The position numbers and the translations under genes are program-made. The notes below the pieces were generated by a model. That model worked only from the letters and a program-made list of their open reading frames with translations. It had not been told where the DNA came from and ran no database searches. A stretch of 64,000 bases of DNA from Nitrospirales bacterium (GTDB lineage: Bacteria > Nitrospirota > Nitrospiria > Nitrospirales > UBA8639), in the NCBI GenBank assembly GCA_963555755.3, contig OY820905.2, forward strand, positions 480,001-544,000. Reading direction: 5' to 3'. How positions within the stretch are numbered: position 1 is the stretch's first letter; every line of letters begins with the position of its first letter. Below are positions 42,070 through 54,793 of this stretch, piece after piece.

Positions 42070-43368
42070 TTAACCTATTGCACCCCTTGCGGCACTTCTC
42101 CCGGCGATAAAGCCAGTGGACCAGGCCCACTGAAAATTAAACCCACCTATTCGTCCATCACAATCCAGCATTTCTCCAATCAGGTAGAGTCCGGATACGT
42201 TTCGTGACATCATGGTCTGGGGATTAATCTCATCCAGTGGAATGCCACCGGCCGTGACCTCGGCAAAATTCCATCCCCGATGGGCTATCACGGGGACAGG
42301 GAGATCGGTGAGAACGTTGACGAGGGTTTTTCGTTTTACCTGCGGTAATTGGTTGAGTGGCAGGTTAGCCAAATTTTGCGAACCTGTCTTTTCAATATTT
42401 TTCCTGAATGGATCTTTCTCTCCTTGATCAATCAAATGACAAAGGACCTCTGCCAATCGAGCCGGTAATCGTTGAGCGAGTAACGTTCCAACGGATTTTC
42501 TCCCAGGTTGACGAGAAGCTTGGTCCAACCAGCGATCAACCTCATCAATCGTTTGATCGGGAAAACACGAAATGAACACCGTGACTTCCTGCCCTTGGCC
42601 TTTGGCCATTACCCAGAAACGACTGGCATCTAAAACCACAGGACCACTTATACCGAAGTGCGTCCACAACAAGCTGCCAACGCGACGATCAACAACCTTT
42701 CGATTCACTCGCGTCGTCACTCTGACTTCATGCGAGATGCCTGAAAGCCCAGCATGGAAAAATGTGTCTGCAAGCACCAGAGGAACGAGGGCGGGATAGG
42801 TGGGCGTGATAGAATGTCCCATTCGTTTAGCCATAGCCCAACCCTTTCCATCCGATCCGGATTTGGGCAGGGACTGTCCGCCCGTGGCCATGATCACTCG
42901 TTGTGCGGTGATCTGTCCCTGTTCGAACTCAATACGAAACCCAACGTCCGTGTGGGCGATAGATTGAACTCGGTGTTTTGTTAATATTCTTATATCCAAC
43001 TCGTTGCAACGCCGAAGGAGTGCATCCAGAACGGTACGAGCTTTGTTGCTTATGGGAAACAGTTTTCCGGTGGTTTCCTGTTTTAAGTCCACCCCAAACG
43101 ATTCAAACCACCGAACGGTGGCTTGTGCATCCAATCGCCGAAGAATACGAGCGACGAGACGCTTTGGTGCATGAAAATCAGAGGGATGCACAATGGCATT
43201 GGTAACATTGCAACGCCCACCACCGGACACCAATATTTTTGATCCAATGGTTCGTGCCCCATCCAAGAGGACGATCCTGAGGTTGGGACGATTTTCTGCA
43301 GCAAAGATAGCTGCGGCCAGACCCGCGGCGCCTGCGCCAATGATCGCAATATCAATTTCGGTTTGCAT
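42070..43368 (-). CDS. HI0933/BaiN-family flavoprotein
   Basis: GAGAAG, SGGGRCNVTN, ATGG.S.P..GSDG, VTAGG, GGFNFQWAWSTG. Confidence 0.9.
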   Translation of the reverse strand: MQTEIDIAIIGAGAAGLAAAIFAAENRPNLRIVLLDGARTIGSKILVSGGGRCNVTNAIVHPSDFHAPKRLVARILRRLDAQATVRWFESFGVDLKQETTGKLFPISNKARTVLDALLRRCNELDIRILTKHRVQSIAHTDVGFRIEFEQGQITAQRVIMATGGQSLPKSGSDGKGWAMAKRMGHSITPTYPALVPLVLADTFFHAGLSGISHEVRVTTRVNRKVVDRRVGSLLWTHFGISGPVVLDASRFWVMAKGQGQEVTVFISCFPDQTIDEVDRWLDQASRQPGRKSVGTLLAQRLPARLAEVLCHLIDQGEKDPFRKNIEKTGSQNLANLPLNQLPQVKRKTLVNVLTDLPVPVIAHRGWNFAEVTAGGIPLDEINPQTMMSRNVSGLYLIGEMLDCDGRIGGFNFQWAWSTGFIAGRSAARGAIG

Positions 43369-43390
43369 GAAATTATAGAGGGGTAACTAA

Positions 43391-43547
43391 GGGTTCGCGC
43401 AAGAATAACTTCACATGTTTGGGTGCTGAGACACCTGTCTGGCAAGGCGCGAGGACTGCGCATACTCCTCGTATGGAAAGGACGAGCAACGCCGCCAGAC
43501 GGGATGGATCGACGCCCAAACAGGGGAAGTTAGTCTTGCGCGAGCCC
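43391..43547. repeat. MITE family C with long TIRs and TAA target duplication
   Basis: TAA|GGGTTCGCGCAAGAATAACTTC..GAAGTTAGTCTTGCGCGAGCCC|TAA. Confidence 0.8.
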
Positions 43548-43576
43548 TAAGGCCTAGCGAGGGAAAGAGGGTAACG

Positions 43577-43930
43577 TTATCGTTCCTGGTTTTTTGCACA
43601 TTCAATACACACCAGGGTGGTCGGATCGACCTCTAATCGTTTGAGGTGAATATCTTCTTCACATCGCACACACACACCATAGTTGCCGTTCTCAATACGT
43701 TGAAGGGCAGAACCAATGCGTTGTTGTTGAATCATTCTTCGTTGCTGCGATGCCTTGGCCATGGCTTGGCCTTGGAGCGCATCCATTCGGGATAGGCGCC
43801 CTACGGCGGATTGATCCAATTCAACAGTCCGAGCGGCTTCTTTCCCTGATTGTTCAACTTGTGCTAATGAATCGCGAAGGTTGAGTAATTTTTCCTTGAA
43901 ACGGTTTACGTCCAAGGGAGCATCTCTCAT
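43577..43930 (-). CDS. TraR/DksA C4 zinc-finger protein
   Basis: VGRLSRMDA, YGVCVRC..I...RL..P....CIEC. Confidence 0.88.
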   Translation of the reverse strand: MRDAPLDVNRFKEKLLNLRDSLAQVEQSGKEAARTVELDQSAVGRLSRMDALQGQAMAKASQQRRMIQQQRIGSALQRIENGNYGVCVRCEEDIHLKRLEVDPTTLVCIECAKNQER

Positions 43931-43964
43931 GCGTTCAACAATGACACGTAAAGAATAATCCTGC

Positions 43965-44558
43965 TCATGACTGACGCGTCAACGCATTTTGATCAGTGTG
44001 GTGAAACACACCTTGACGACCCTGGATCTGCAACTGGGTATCTTGGATGTAACTGAACTGGCCATCGTTCTGGAACATGACTTTGAGGGTATACCGGATC
44101 GTCTTAAAGGCTTGGTCGAGAAAGGGGCTGGACATGATACCGAATGTTTCTGATCCAACCTCTGCTGCTAATTCGAATTTTTTCCCCTGAGGGTCTGCTT
44201 GGCCTCCCGCATTGACGACCACTCCACGCGGCACGATGAAACAACGCATCACCAACTGTTCATTGGGATCCCACAACCAATAGCCGACTTCTTCGTGAAA
44301 TGGATTTTCCTGATGTAATGGCCAAGCCTCCGTGGAATATCGCAATCCATACAACACTTGCGGCCCATTCACCACTGGACCCATTGGTTCAAAGGTTAGG
44401 CGTTCACGGAATTTCGTTTCAGTTTGCCCATTTCGAATGGGAGCGATATCAAGTCCTTGATCGCCTTCCCAGCTACCCGCCAACGCAGCCAGTGGCCCTA
44501 AGTTTGTGACAATATCTTCATCGATTTCCTTTGGTTTTTGAAAAACGTCCACCTTCAT
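43965..44558 (-). CDS. Nitrobindin/DUF1794-like beta-barrel protein
   Basis: LGPLAALAGSWEG, FHEEVGYWLW, FHHTD. Confidence 0.75.
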   Translation of the reverse strand: MKVDVFQKPKEIDEDIVTNLGPLAALAGSWEGDQGLDIAPIRNGQTETKFRERLTFEPMGPVVNGPQVLYGLRYSTEAWPLHQENPFHEEVGYWLWDPNEQLVMRCFIVPRGVVVNAGGQADPQGKKFELAAEVGSETFGIMSSPFLDQAFKTIRYTLKVMFQNDGQFSYIQDTQLQIQGRQGVFHHTDQNALTRQS

Positions 44559-44712
44559 GGCCTCCAGGGTTATAAAAATATTTTTCGAGCTGGATCAATT
44601 TGTTTTGAATCACAGGCCCAGAATATCGTTGATAGCGCATAATCGCAAATATACTTAGAAACGGCCGTTGCCATTGCCCTGCATGGGATTCGATAGCAAA
44701 ACAATAACTTGA

Positions 44713-44852
44713 GGGCACCTCTACAAACCGTCCTTTTCTGTGATGGCGGCGTCAGCCGCGTGCTCACATCCTCATGTATTCGCCCATACACTCCGGTTTT
44801 CCGCGCGCGGCTTCCTTGCCCTCACAAAAAATGCCTGGTTTTTTAGGTGCCC
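44713..44852. repeat. MITE family D with TTGA direct repeats
   Basis: TTGA|GGGCACCT..AGGTGCCC|TTGA. Confidence 0.75.
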
Positions 44853-44862
44853 TTGATTGTAT

Positions 44863-46293
44863 CTAATCAGATACAAAAGTGTGTCTTTTTGTTCCTTCCA
44901 CAGGAGACTCTATGGCCCCAAGGGATTTTTGAATAATGCTGATTATTGAGCGAAGTTCGCTCTCGACAATACTTAGCGGCGGGATGAGAGCCAAGACATT
45001 ACCAATGGGGCGAATGAGGAGTCCCTGCTTGCGGGCCTCCATTGCAACTTTGTGGCCCATCCTGGCTGTGAGGGGAAAGGGGGCTCGGGTTTCTTTGTTT
45101 TTGACTAATTCGATTCCGACCATGTAGCCGCATTGGCGTATATCGCCAACCATGGGTAAGGCAGCAATGGGTCTCAAAAGCTGTTTTATTAATCGAGATC
45201 CTGTTTTGACTTTTGCCAGCGTTTTTTCTGTTGGGAAAAGTTTCAGGTTAGCTAATGCTGCGGCACAGGCGAGGGCATTTCCAGTGTAGCTATGTCCGTG
45301 GAAGAAGGTTTTGAATTCGGCGTAATCGCCAAGGAATGCTTGGTAAATTTTTTCCGTGGTCAGAGTCGCAGCAAGTGGGAGATATCCGCCGGTAAGTCCT
45401 TTGGCTACGGCCATGAGGTCAGGCGTGACCGTGTCATGCTCGCAAGCGAACATTTTTCCTGTGCGGCCAAATCCAGTCGCGACTTCATCGGCAATCAGTA
45501 AGACATTGTATTTCGTGCACAACTCACGTACCCGTGACACATAGCCTGGGGGCTGAGTGATCATTCCGGCCACGGCTTGGATCATGGGCTCGATGACCAC
45601 ACCGGCGATTTCTTCGTTCTTCTTGGCTAAAACTTTTTCCAGAGGATCGATGCAGGCCATCTGGCACGATGGATAGTCCAACTTGAGTGGGCAACGATAG
45701 CAATAGGGCGCATCGATCGAAATGGTTTTGACCAGTAGGGGACGAAACCGTTCCTGAAAGAGTGTGATCCCTCCCACGCTCATGCTCCCAGCGGTATCGC
45801 CATGGTAGGCTAGATCCAATCGTACAAATTTTTTCTTCTTTTTGGCTGGAGGGTTTTGCTGCTGCCAATATTGGATGGCCATTTTGAGCGCGACTTCTAC
45901 GGCGGTTGAACCGTCGTCGGAGTAAAATACTCTCGTCAACCCTTTTGGAGAAATCTTGACTAATTCTTTGGCGAGTACAATTGAGGGAGGACTGGCTTGC
46001 CCCAACAAGGTGGTATGCGCGACTTTGTTGAGTTGCTCACGGATGGCTTTATCCATTGCGGGATGTCGATGGCCATGAAGATTGACCCAAATTGAGGAGG
46101 TGCCATCAAGATATTTATTGCCGCAACTATCATAAAGATACGCCCCTTTGGCCTTTTCAATGATGAGCGGGTCTTCTTGTTCCCATTCCTGCATTTGCGT
46201 GAAGGGATGCCAGACATATTGACGATCCCATTTGGACAATTGGAGGGGAGTAGGGGAGGAGGGAGATTTTTCTTTGGATTTCTTGTGCGCCAT
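44863..46293 (-). CDS. bioA: Adenosylmethionine-8-amino-7-oxononanoate transaminase
   Basis: VWHPFTQM, GSTAVEVALKMA, YHGDT, DEVATGFGRTG, AKGLTGGY, HGHSYTGN. Confidence 0.95.
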   Translation of the reverse strand: MAHKKSKEKSPSSPTPLQLSKWDRQYVWHPFTQMQEWEQEDPLIIEKAKGAYLYDSCGNKYLDGTSSIWVNLHGHRHPAMDKAIREQLNKVAHTTLLGQASPPSIVLAKELVKISPKGLTRVFYSDDGSTAVEVALKMAIQYWQQQNPPAKKKKKFVRLDLAYHGDTAGSMSVGGITLFQERFRPLLVKTISIDAPYCYRCPLKLDYPSCQMACIDPLEKVLAKKNEEIAGVVIEPMIQAVAGMITQPPGYVSRVRELCTKYNVLLIADEVATGFGRTGKMFACEHDTVTPDLMAVAKGLTGGYLPLAATLTTEKIYQAFLGDYAEFKTFFHGHSYTGNALACAAALANLKLFPTEKTLAKVKTGSRLIKQLLRPIAALPMVGDIRQCGYMVGIELVKNKETRAPFPLTARMGHKVAMEARKQGLLIRPIGNVLALIPPLSIVESELRSIISIIQKSLGAIESPVEGTKRHTFVSD

Positions 46294-46325
46294 CCTGTAG
46301 AGTTAAATCCTTATTGAGACTTCGA

Positions 46326-46373
46326 AAAAACCCCTCACCCTAACCCTCTCCCCTCAGGGGCGAGGGTTTTTTT
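46326..46373. repeat. REP-like palindrome CCCTCACCCTAACCCTCTCCC..GGG.GAGGG
   Basis: Hairpin flanked by A and T runs between divergent bioA and lepA. Confidence 0.6.
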
Positions 46374-46432
46374 AAAAAATGTCAGACTTACACCTCCGCG
46401 AAACGCGGGATTGTAGTGTCTGGAATCATTCT

Positions 46433-46461
46433 TTGACAAGACGGTAAAACCCTAATAAAAT
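46433..46461 (+). promoter_or_regulatory. sigma70 promoter of lepA
   Basis: TTGACA-17 bp-TAAAAT. Confidence 0.7.
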
Positions 46462-46480
46462 CAATGGATTTGATTTTACA

Positions 46481-48286
46481 ATGAACAATCTTTCCCGTAT
46501 TCGCAACTTTTCTATCATCGCCCATATCGATCACGGTAAATCCACCCTTGCCGATCGTTTCCTGGAGCTGACTGGTGCGGTGACGGCAAGAGAAGCTCGT
46601 GATCAGATCCTGGACGATATGGATCTTGAACGTGAGCGGGGGATTACCATAAAAGCTCATGCGGTGACTACCACCTATAAAGCCCATGATGGGCATACTT
46701 ACCAATTGAACCTCATTGATACGCCTGGCCATGTGGACTTCACCTATGAGGTATCCCGAAGCCTTGCTGCTTGCGAAGGCGCGCTGCTTCTTGTTGATGC
46801 CACTCAAGGCGTTGAAGCGCAAACTATTGCCAATGCCTATTTGGCCATCGCTAATGACCTCGTGATCCTTCCCGTGATTAACAAGATCGATCTAGCCAGT
46901 GCCGATATTGAAGGCGTGAAACAACAAATCGAAGATGTATTGGGTCTCGATGTGGAAGCATCCTTGATGGTCAGTGCCAAACGAGGAATTGGCATTGATG
47001 AACTCTTGAATGCGGTGGTTGAGCGGGTTCCGCCCCCTAAAGGAACGCTTGCCGATCCACTGAAAGCGCTCATTGTTGATTCATGGTTCGATAACTACCA
47101 AGGTGCCATTGTGCTGGTTCGGATTTTTGATGGGGTGGTGAAGCCCGGCATGAAGATTCAGCTCTTATCGAATAAACGAATCTTTGAGGTATCCGAAGTT
47201 GGCATTTTTTCTCCGAAACGCACCAAAACGAAAAAGCTCCAAGCCGGTCAGGTCGGGTATGTGGTTGCCGGCATGAAAGAGGTTTCGGATACAAAAATCG
47301 GGGATACGCTGACGGATGCGAGTCGTCCCACAGACATTCCCTTGCCAGGTTATCGCGATGTCAAACCCCTAGTCTTTTGTGGATTGTACACCACCGATAA
47401 TGACGACTACGTGGATCTTCGTGATTCTCTCGAAAAACTTCGTCTCAATGATACGTCTTTTATTTATGAACCTGAAACCTCATTAGCCTTGGGGTTTGGT
47501 TTTCGATGTGGGTTTCTCGGGCTGCTTCACATGGAAATTATCCGTGAACGGTTGTATCGGGAATATGGACTAGAATTAATCAGCACGGCGCCGACGGTCA
47601 TTTATCGGGTCAAGACGGTAAAAGGGGAGCTTCTCACTATTGATAATCCCTCAAAATTGCCCGAACCAGAGCAAATCGAAACCATGGAAGAACCCTTTAT
47701 CCAAGCCACGATCATTGCGCCGGAACGGTATGCCGGAAATATCATGTCCTTGTGCCAGGAACGTCGGGGTACGCAAGTCAGCATGCAATATTTGGATACC
47801 ACTCGCATCATACTGGTCTATGAACTTCCACTCAATGAAATGGTTCTTGATTTTTATGACAAATTGAAATCGCGCACCCAAGGCTATGCCTCTCTCGATT
47901 ATGAATTGTCCGACTATCGGGCCGCCGATTTGGTCAAGCTCGATCTGCTCCTGAATGGAGAAAATATTGATGCACTTTCGTTTATCACCCATAAAGATAA
48001 AGCCCTGCATCGAGGACGTCAATTGGCCGAAAAAATGAAGGAATACATCCCGAAACAGATGTTCGAGATTGCTATTCAAGCCGCAATTGGCAAACGGGTG
48101 ATCGCTCGTGAAACGATATCCGCCATTAAAAAAGATGTGACCGCCAAGTGTTATGGTGGCGACATCACGCGAAAAAGAAAATTGTGGGCAAAACAAAAGG
48201 AAGGCAAAAAACGTATGAAACAAATAGGGCGAGTGGAAGTTCCACAGGAAGCCTTCTTAGCACTCCTCAAAGTGAAGGATGAATAA
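46481..48286 (+). CDS. lepA: Elongation factor 4
   Basis: [35 protein letters not shown]. Confidence 0.98.
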   Translation: MNNLSRIRNFSIIAHIDHGKSTLADRFLELTGAVTAREARDQILDDMDLERERGITIKAHAVTTTYKAHDGHTYQLNLIDTPGHVDFTYEVSRSLAACEGALLLVDATQGVEAQTIANAYLAIANDLVILPVINKIDLASADIEGVKQQIEDVLGLDVEASLMVSAKRGIGIDELLNAVVERVPPPKGTLADPLKALIVDSWFDNYQGAIVLVRIFDGVVKPGMKIQLLSNKRIFEVSEVGIFSPKRTKTKKLQAGQVGYVVAGMKEVSDTKIGDTLTDASRPTDIPLPGYRDVKPLVFCGLYTTDNDDYVDLRDSLEKLRLNDTSFIYEPETSLALGFGFRCGFLGLLHMEIIRERLYREYGLELISTAPTVIYRVKTVKGELLTIDNPSKLPEPEQIETMEEPFIQATIIAPERYAGNIMSLCQERRGTQVSMQYLDTTRIILVYELPLNEMVLDFYDKLKSRTQGYASLDYELSDYRAADLVKLDLLLNGENIDALSFITHKDKALHRGRQLAEKMKEYIPKQMFEIAIQAAIGKRVIARETISAIKKDVTAKCYGGDITRKRKLWAKQKEGKKRMKQIGRVEVPQEAFLALLKVKDE

Positions 48287-48288
48287 AC

Positions 48289-49056
48289 ATGGCGCATAAT
48301 TCGAATCCGCTTGATGGAACGGAGCCTTCATCCACCGATCAGACTGCGTCGGTTGAGGCTTCACCACAAGAAGAAAAACGAAAAATGGACTCTGTAACCA
48401 AGAAGTCCGTTTGGCGAGAATATACCGAGGCCATTATCATCGCGATGATTTTGGCCTTTACCATTCGAGTGCTTTTCGTTCAAGCGTTTAAGATTCCATC
48501 CGGGTCCATGATTCCCAGTTTGCAAATCGGGGACCATATTTTAGTCAATAAAATGGCCTATGGCATTCAGTTGCCACAAGACTGTGAATTCGACATTTCG
48601 TTTCCCCCCATGACCTGTTATTCCACGAATTTACTCATTGAGTTTGATAACCCGGATCGCGGTGATGTGATTGTGTTTCGGTATCCAGAAGACGAAGAAA
48701 AAGATTTCATTAAACGAATCGTGGGTTTGCCTGGCGATATCATCAAAATACGGAACAAGGTCATCTATGTGAATGGGAAACAACTTGACGATCAAGCCTG
48801 GACCCAGCGGATTGATCCGGGGATTCTCGATGGCCGGATTACGCCACGCGACAATCTTAATCCTATTACCATTCCGCCCGACTCGTATTTCGTGATGGGC
48901 GATAATCGGGATCAAAGCCTGGACAGCCGATTTTGGGGCTTTGTGCAAAAACACAAAATAAAAGGTCGCGCCTTTTTGGTCTATTGGTCTTGGAAAGGCC
49001 ATGGTTCCATGTCCGAATGGGTTCGGTGGGATCGTATCGGAAAAATTATCGATTGA
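48289..49056 (+). CDS. lepB: Signal peptidase I
   Basis: IPSGSM, IKRIVGLPGD, GDNR..SLDSRFWG. Confidence 0.96.
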   Translation: MAHNSNPLDGTEPSSTDQTASVEASPQEEKRKMDSVTKKSVWREYTEAIIIAMILAFTIRVLFVQAFKIPSGSMIPSLQIGDHILVNKMAYGIQLPQDCEFDISFPPMTCYSTNLLIEFDNPDRGDVIVFRYPEDEEKDFIKRIVGLPGDIIKIRNKVIYVNGKQLDDQAWTQRIDPGILDGRITPRDNLNPITIPPDSYFVMGDNRDQSLDSRFWGFVQKHKIKGRAFLVYWSWKGHGSMSEWVRWDRIGKIID

Positions 49057-49233
49057 GGGATTGTTGAAAAATGTCGCCAGCGGCGTTCTCAGGCAGTTGT
49101 CGTGATCACGTAGGAGAATACGCTCCGCGCGCCAACGGCCCTGCGGCCTTGCTGGACCTGGTTACGCCGAAGCGGCTCCGCGCAGGCGAGCGACCTTCCT
49201 TCGATAAGACTCAGGACAGGTTTTGAACAGCCC
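49057..49233. repeat. MITE family A variant after the lepB stop
   Basis: GGGATTGTTGAAAAA..TTTTGAACAGCCC with nested mini-hairpins. Confidence 0.8.
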
Positions 49234-49275
49234 TCCTTTCACTTTTAATAAACCTTTTGCTCCAGGAACCTTTTC

Positions 49276-50328
49276 GTGCCCCCTTCAACTATTAAACGCA
49301 CAGGGCTCAAGCACAAAAAATTAGGGCCATCCTCACTCTCTGTTTCTCCACAATTGCTTGAACGATTTCTTCGCCGATTTCATCGTGGGCAAGTGCTGGT
49401 CATTGGGGATTTGATGCTTGATCATTTTATTTGGGGGGCCGTGAGTCGCATTTCCCCAGAAGCGCCAGTTCCCGTAGTCCAAGTTGAGCGAGAATCGTTG
49501 CGCCTAGGCGGAGCCGCCAACGTGTATAACAATATTGTGTCGCTGGGGGGGACGGCCGAAGTGTGTGGTGTGATTGGCCAAGATGAAAGTGGTCAGGCAC
49601 TGTTAAAGGAGTTAGGGCTTCGACGACATCGACATCCTGGAATCATTGTCGATGCCTCCCGTCCTACTACGCGAAAGGCTCGAATCGTCGCACACAGTCA
49701 GCAAGTTGTTCGATACGATATCGAGCGGCGGGAGGACATCTCGCCTCAGGCGACTCGGCGGATTGTGAAACATGTCGAGTCCCGTTTGGACTCGATTTCT
49801 TGCCTCGTGATTTCCGATTACGCCAAGGGTGTGATTACGCCTTCGTTGATGGCTCAAGTGGGTCGACTAGCACGAAACCGAAACATTCCCCTCATTATTG
49901 ACCCGAAAGTAGAGCATTTCCCCTACTATGGTGATGCGACCGTTCTCACTCCGAATCATATGGAAGCCCAGCAGGCTGCCGGCTTGTCAGGTCATGATCA
50001 TCAATCCATTCATGATATCGGTCATTCCTTACGCCAGAAGTTGGGATGTGAGGCGGTCTTAGTGACGCGCGGGGAACAAGGTATGAGCCTCTGTGAAAGC
50101 AGCGGAGCGAGTTGGCATATTCCTACGATGGCACGACAAGTTTATGATGTCACTGGCGCCGGGGATACCGTAGTCAGTACGTTGGCATTGGCCATGAGTG
50201 TGGGAGCGTCAATCCAGGAAGCCTCCATTCTGGCTAATCATGCCGCTGGGGTGGTAGTCGGTCTTGTAGGAACGGCTTCCATTACGAAAGCCCAACTCAA
50301 AGAGGCGATTCACCACACTTATGAATAA
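49276..50328 (+). CDS. rfaE1: D-glycero-beta-D-manno-heptose-7-phosphate kinase
   Basis: GDLMLD, RISPEAPVPV, GGAANV, SDYAKG, DVTGAGDT. Confidence 0.93.
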   Translation: MPPSTIKRTGLKHKKLGPSSLSVSPQLLERFLRRFHRGQVLVIGDLMLDHFIWGAVSRISPEAPVPVVQVERESLRLGGAANVYNNIVSLGGTAEVCGVIGQDESGQALLKELGLRRHRHPGIIVDASRPTTRKARIVAHSQQVVRYDIERREDISPQATRRIVKHVESRLDSISCLVISDYAKGVITPSLMAQVGRLARNRNIPLIIDPKVEHFPYYGDATVLTPNHMEAQQAAGLSGHDHQSIHDIGHSLRQKLGCEAVLVTRGEQGMSLCESSGASWHIPTMARQVYDVTGAGDTVVSTLALAMSVGASIQEASILANHAAGVVVGLVGTASITKAQLKEAIHHTYE

Positions 50329-51082
50329 AGCACCCGTGACGATTGTCATCCCAGCTCGATATGAGTCTTCTCGCTTCCCTGGAAAACCCCTTGCCCAGCT
50401 TGCGGGTAAGCCTCTCATTCAACATGTGTATGAACTGGCCATCCGTGTGCCAACAGTGGACCAGGTAATCGTGGCAACTGATGACTCCCGTATTCAACAG
50501 GCCGTTGAACAATTTGGGGGAGTTGTACAGATGGTCACTGCGCCATGCCGAACCGGAACAGATCGGGTTGCTAAGGTTGGCCGTTCATTGTCCAGTGAGG
50601 TAATCGTTAATTTGCAAGCTGATGAAATTTTACTGAGTCCAGACATTTTGAATGACCTCATTGATCCGTTCCTGGCGGATCCAGTCCCAATGGGTACGTT
50701 GAAACGACAAATTAAACATCAAGATGAATTTCTCCACCCGTCTGTAGTCAAAGTGGTGACGGATCAGGAGGGGAGAGCGCTATATTTTTCCCGCGCATTG
50801 ATTCCGCATACCCGAGATCAGGTGCTCCAGGGTCAGTCCGCCCCCTTTGCCTCGATTCACTTGGGAGTGTATATTTTTAAGCAAACGACGTTATTACAGT
50901 TTGCCGAGCTGCCGACGGGAACACTCGAGGAAACCGAGAAGTTAGAGCAATTGCGGGCATTGGAACATGGCATCCCCATCAAAGTATGGGAAACCAAGCA
51001 GCCGTCTCTGAGAATTGATACACCAGAAGATTTAGCCGAAGCGAATCGATCTTGGGAACGACTCATGGTCAGGTCAGGGTAG
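50321..51082 (+). CDS. kdsB: CMP-KDO synthetase
   Basis: IPARYESSRFPGKPL, GTDRV, ALYFSR, EKLEQLRALE. Confidence 0.95.
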   Translation: MNKAPVTIVIPARYESSRFPGKPLAQLAGKPLIQHVYELAIRVPTVDQVIVATDDSRIQQAVEQFGGVVQMVTAPCRTGTDRVAKVGRSLSSEVIVNLQADEILLSPDILNDLIDPFLADPVPMGTLKRQIKHQDEFLHPSVVKVVTDQEGRALYFSRALIPHTRDQVLQGQSAPFASIHLGVYIFKQTTLLQFAELPTGTLEETEKLEQLRALEHGIPIKVWETKQPSLRIDTPEDLAEANRSWERLMVRSG

Positions 51083-52710
<1,628 letters not shown>

Positions 52711-52711
<1 letters not shown>

Positions 52712-53245
52712 GAGGCTGTTCGAGATTAGCGATCGTCAGCTCCCTTCTGTCATTTCGAGTGGAAGGAGAAATCTCTCCATTGGGGTTGGAAAGGCTGCCA
52801 CGTGTGGTGAAAAAAACGAGATTTCTCCCAAGGGTCGAAATGACCATGGGAGCGGTTGCCATGACAAAGGGCTGGGCCCTCAGGTGGCTGGAGCCTGTTC
52901 GAGATTAGCGATCGTCAGCTCCCTTCTGTCATTTCGAGTGGAAGGAGAAATCTCTCCCTTGGTGCTGGAAAGGCTCCTACGTGTGGTGAAAAAAACGAAA
53001 TTTCTCCCAAGGGTCGAAATGACCATGGGAGCGGTTGCCATGACAAAGGGCTGGGACCTCAGGTGGCTGGAGCCTGTTCGAGATTAGCGATCGTCAGCTC
53101 CCTTCTGTCATTTCGAGTGGAAGGAGAAATCTCTTCCTTGGTGCTGGAAAGGCTCCTACGTGTGGTGAAAAAAACGAGATTTCTCCCAAGGGTCGAAATG
53201 ACCATGGGAGCGGTTGCCATGACAAAGGGCTGGGACCTCAGGTGG
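52711..53245 (+). repeat. Three tandem 179-bp units, each containing an inverted REP pair
   Basis: Units start at 52711, 52890 and 53069 and are nearly identical. Confidence 0.92.
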
Positions 53246-53281
53246 TAACCTCCCAGATTCTTTTCAGAAACGAGATACAGC

Positions 53282-54121
53282 ATGGTTCAAGAAATTGACC
53301 TCGGTGGATTCCAGGGTGGAGGAGCCCATCCACATTTTCTTATTGCTGGTCCGTGCGTCATCGAAAGCGAGCAAATCGTTCTCGATACGGCTTTTCAGAT
53401 TGCCGAAATTGCCAAGCAAGTTGGCTTCCCTTTTATTTTTAAAAGTTCATATGACAAGGCGAATCGTAGCTCAATCCATTCTTTTCGTGGCTTAGGTATG
53501 GAAAATGGATTGGCCATCCTTCAGAAAGTTAAAGAAAAGGTTCAAGTCCCAGTTCTAACCGATGTGCATAGCGTGGAAGAAGCAACACAGGCTGGGCAGG
53601 TCGTGGATGTTCTTCAAATTCCGGCATTTTTATGCCGCCAGACCGATTTGCTTGTGGCAGCTGCTAAAACAGGACGGGTAGTCAACGTGAAGAAAGGCCA
53701 ATTTTTATCGCCTTGGGACATGAAGAATGTGGTGCATAAATTAGAGGAAAGCGGGACCAAGAAGATTGTTTTAACAGAACGGGGAGCCTCATTTGGATAT
53801 AACAATCTCGTCGTGGATATGCGTTCGCTCCCAGTCATGAGAGGACTTGGGTACCCCGTGGTATTTGACGCGACTCATAGTGTGCAATTGCCAGGTGGTG
53901 GGGGAACCAAATCCTCAGGTCAACGTGAATTTATTGCGCCACTAGCACGGGCAGCAGCAGCGGCTGGATGTGATGGATTTTTCATGGAAGTTCATCCGGA
54001 CCCTGATTCAGCATTATCCGATGGACCCAACATGGTGCCTCTCGACAAACTCAAAGAGCTACTTCAACAACTACTTCATATTTGCCAAGCATCCGGAAAA
54101 GGTGAAATCAATCTTTTTTAA
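53282..54121 (+). CDS. kdsA: KDO 8-phosphate synthase
   Basis: [36 protein letters not shown]. Confidence 0.97.
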   Translation: MVQEIDLGGFQGGGAHPHFLIAGPCVIESEQIVLDTAFQIAEIAKQVGFPFIFKSSYDKANRSSIHSFRGLGMENGLAILQKVKEKVQVPVLTDVHSVEEATQAGQVVDVLQIPAFLCRQTDLLVAAAKTGRVVNVKKGQFLSPWDMKNVVHKLEESGTKKIVLTERGASFGYNNLVVDMRSLPVMRGLGYPVVFDATHSVQLPGGGGTKSSGQREFIAPLARAAAAAGCDGFFMEVHPDPDSALSDGPNMVPLDKLKELLQQLLHICQASGKGEINLF

Positions 54122-54143
54122 CTGCCAAGGCTGAGAATCGGGT

Positions 54144-54776
54144 ATGCAAGTACGTAAAATCGTCAAACTACCAGTGAAACCTACGCATCCAGTAAGCGAG
54201 GCAACGGTTGAGGATACCTTCAACCTACCAAACTCTTTGACCATTTTACGGATATTGATGGTTCCAATTTACGTCATTTTGTTTTTAGAGCCCACGGCTT
54301 CGCGATCGATTGCAGCAGCCGTGGTATTTGGGTTGGCAGCATTGACTGACTTATTGGATGGATATTTGGCGCGTCGTCGTGGCCAAGTCACTCAAGTTGG
54401 TCGGTTATTGGACCCCATTGCCGACAAATTTTTGGTCATTTCAGGATTGATTTTACTTGTACAATTTCAGAGGATCGAGGCCTGGATTGCCATTACCTTT
54501 ATTGTTCGGGACTTGGGCATTACCGGAATCCGTGCTGTAGCCGCATCCAAAGGCCTCATTATTGCCGCGGGGCAATTCGGAAAATATAAAGTTGTGCTTC
54601 AAGTAATTGGAATTATTTTATTGACCCTAAAAGGTGCTCTGGTGCTTCCGTTCCTTGATTTTCACCTACTAGGAACAGGGCTGCTGTATTTCGCGCTCAT
54701 GTTCTCCATAGTTTCTGCAGGACAATATGTATGGGAATTTTGGCAAGCCTTTATGAACAAAGATCTTCCTCGATAA
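54144..54776 (+). CDS. pgsA: Phosphatidylglycerophosphate synthase
   Basis: NLPNSLT..R, DLLDGYLARR, G..LDPIADK. Confidence 0.93.
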   Translation: MQVRKIVKLPVKPTHPVSEATVEDTFNLPNSLTILRILMVPIYVILFLEPTASRSIAAAVVFGLAALTDLLDGYLARRRGQVTQVGRLLDPIADKFLVISGLILLVQFQRIEAWIAITFIVRDLGITGIRAVAASKGLIIAAGQFGKYKVVLQVIGIILLTLKGALVLPFLDFHLLGTGLLYFALMFSIVSAGQYVWEFWQAFMNKDLPR

Positions 54777-54793
54777 CGCTCACAAACCCTGTG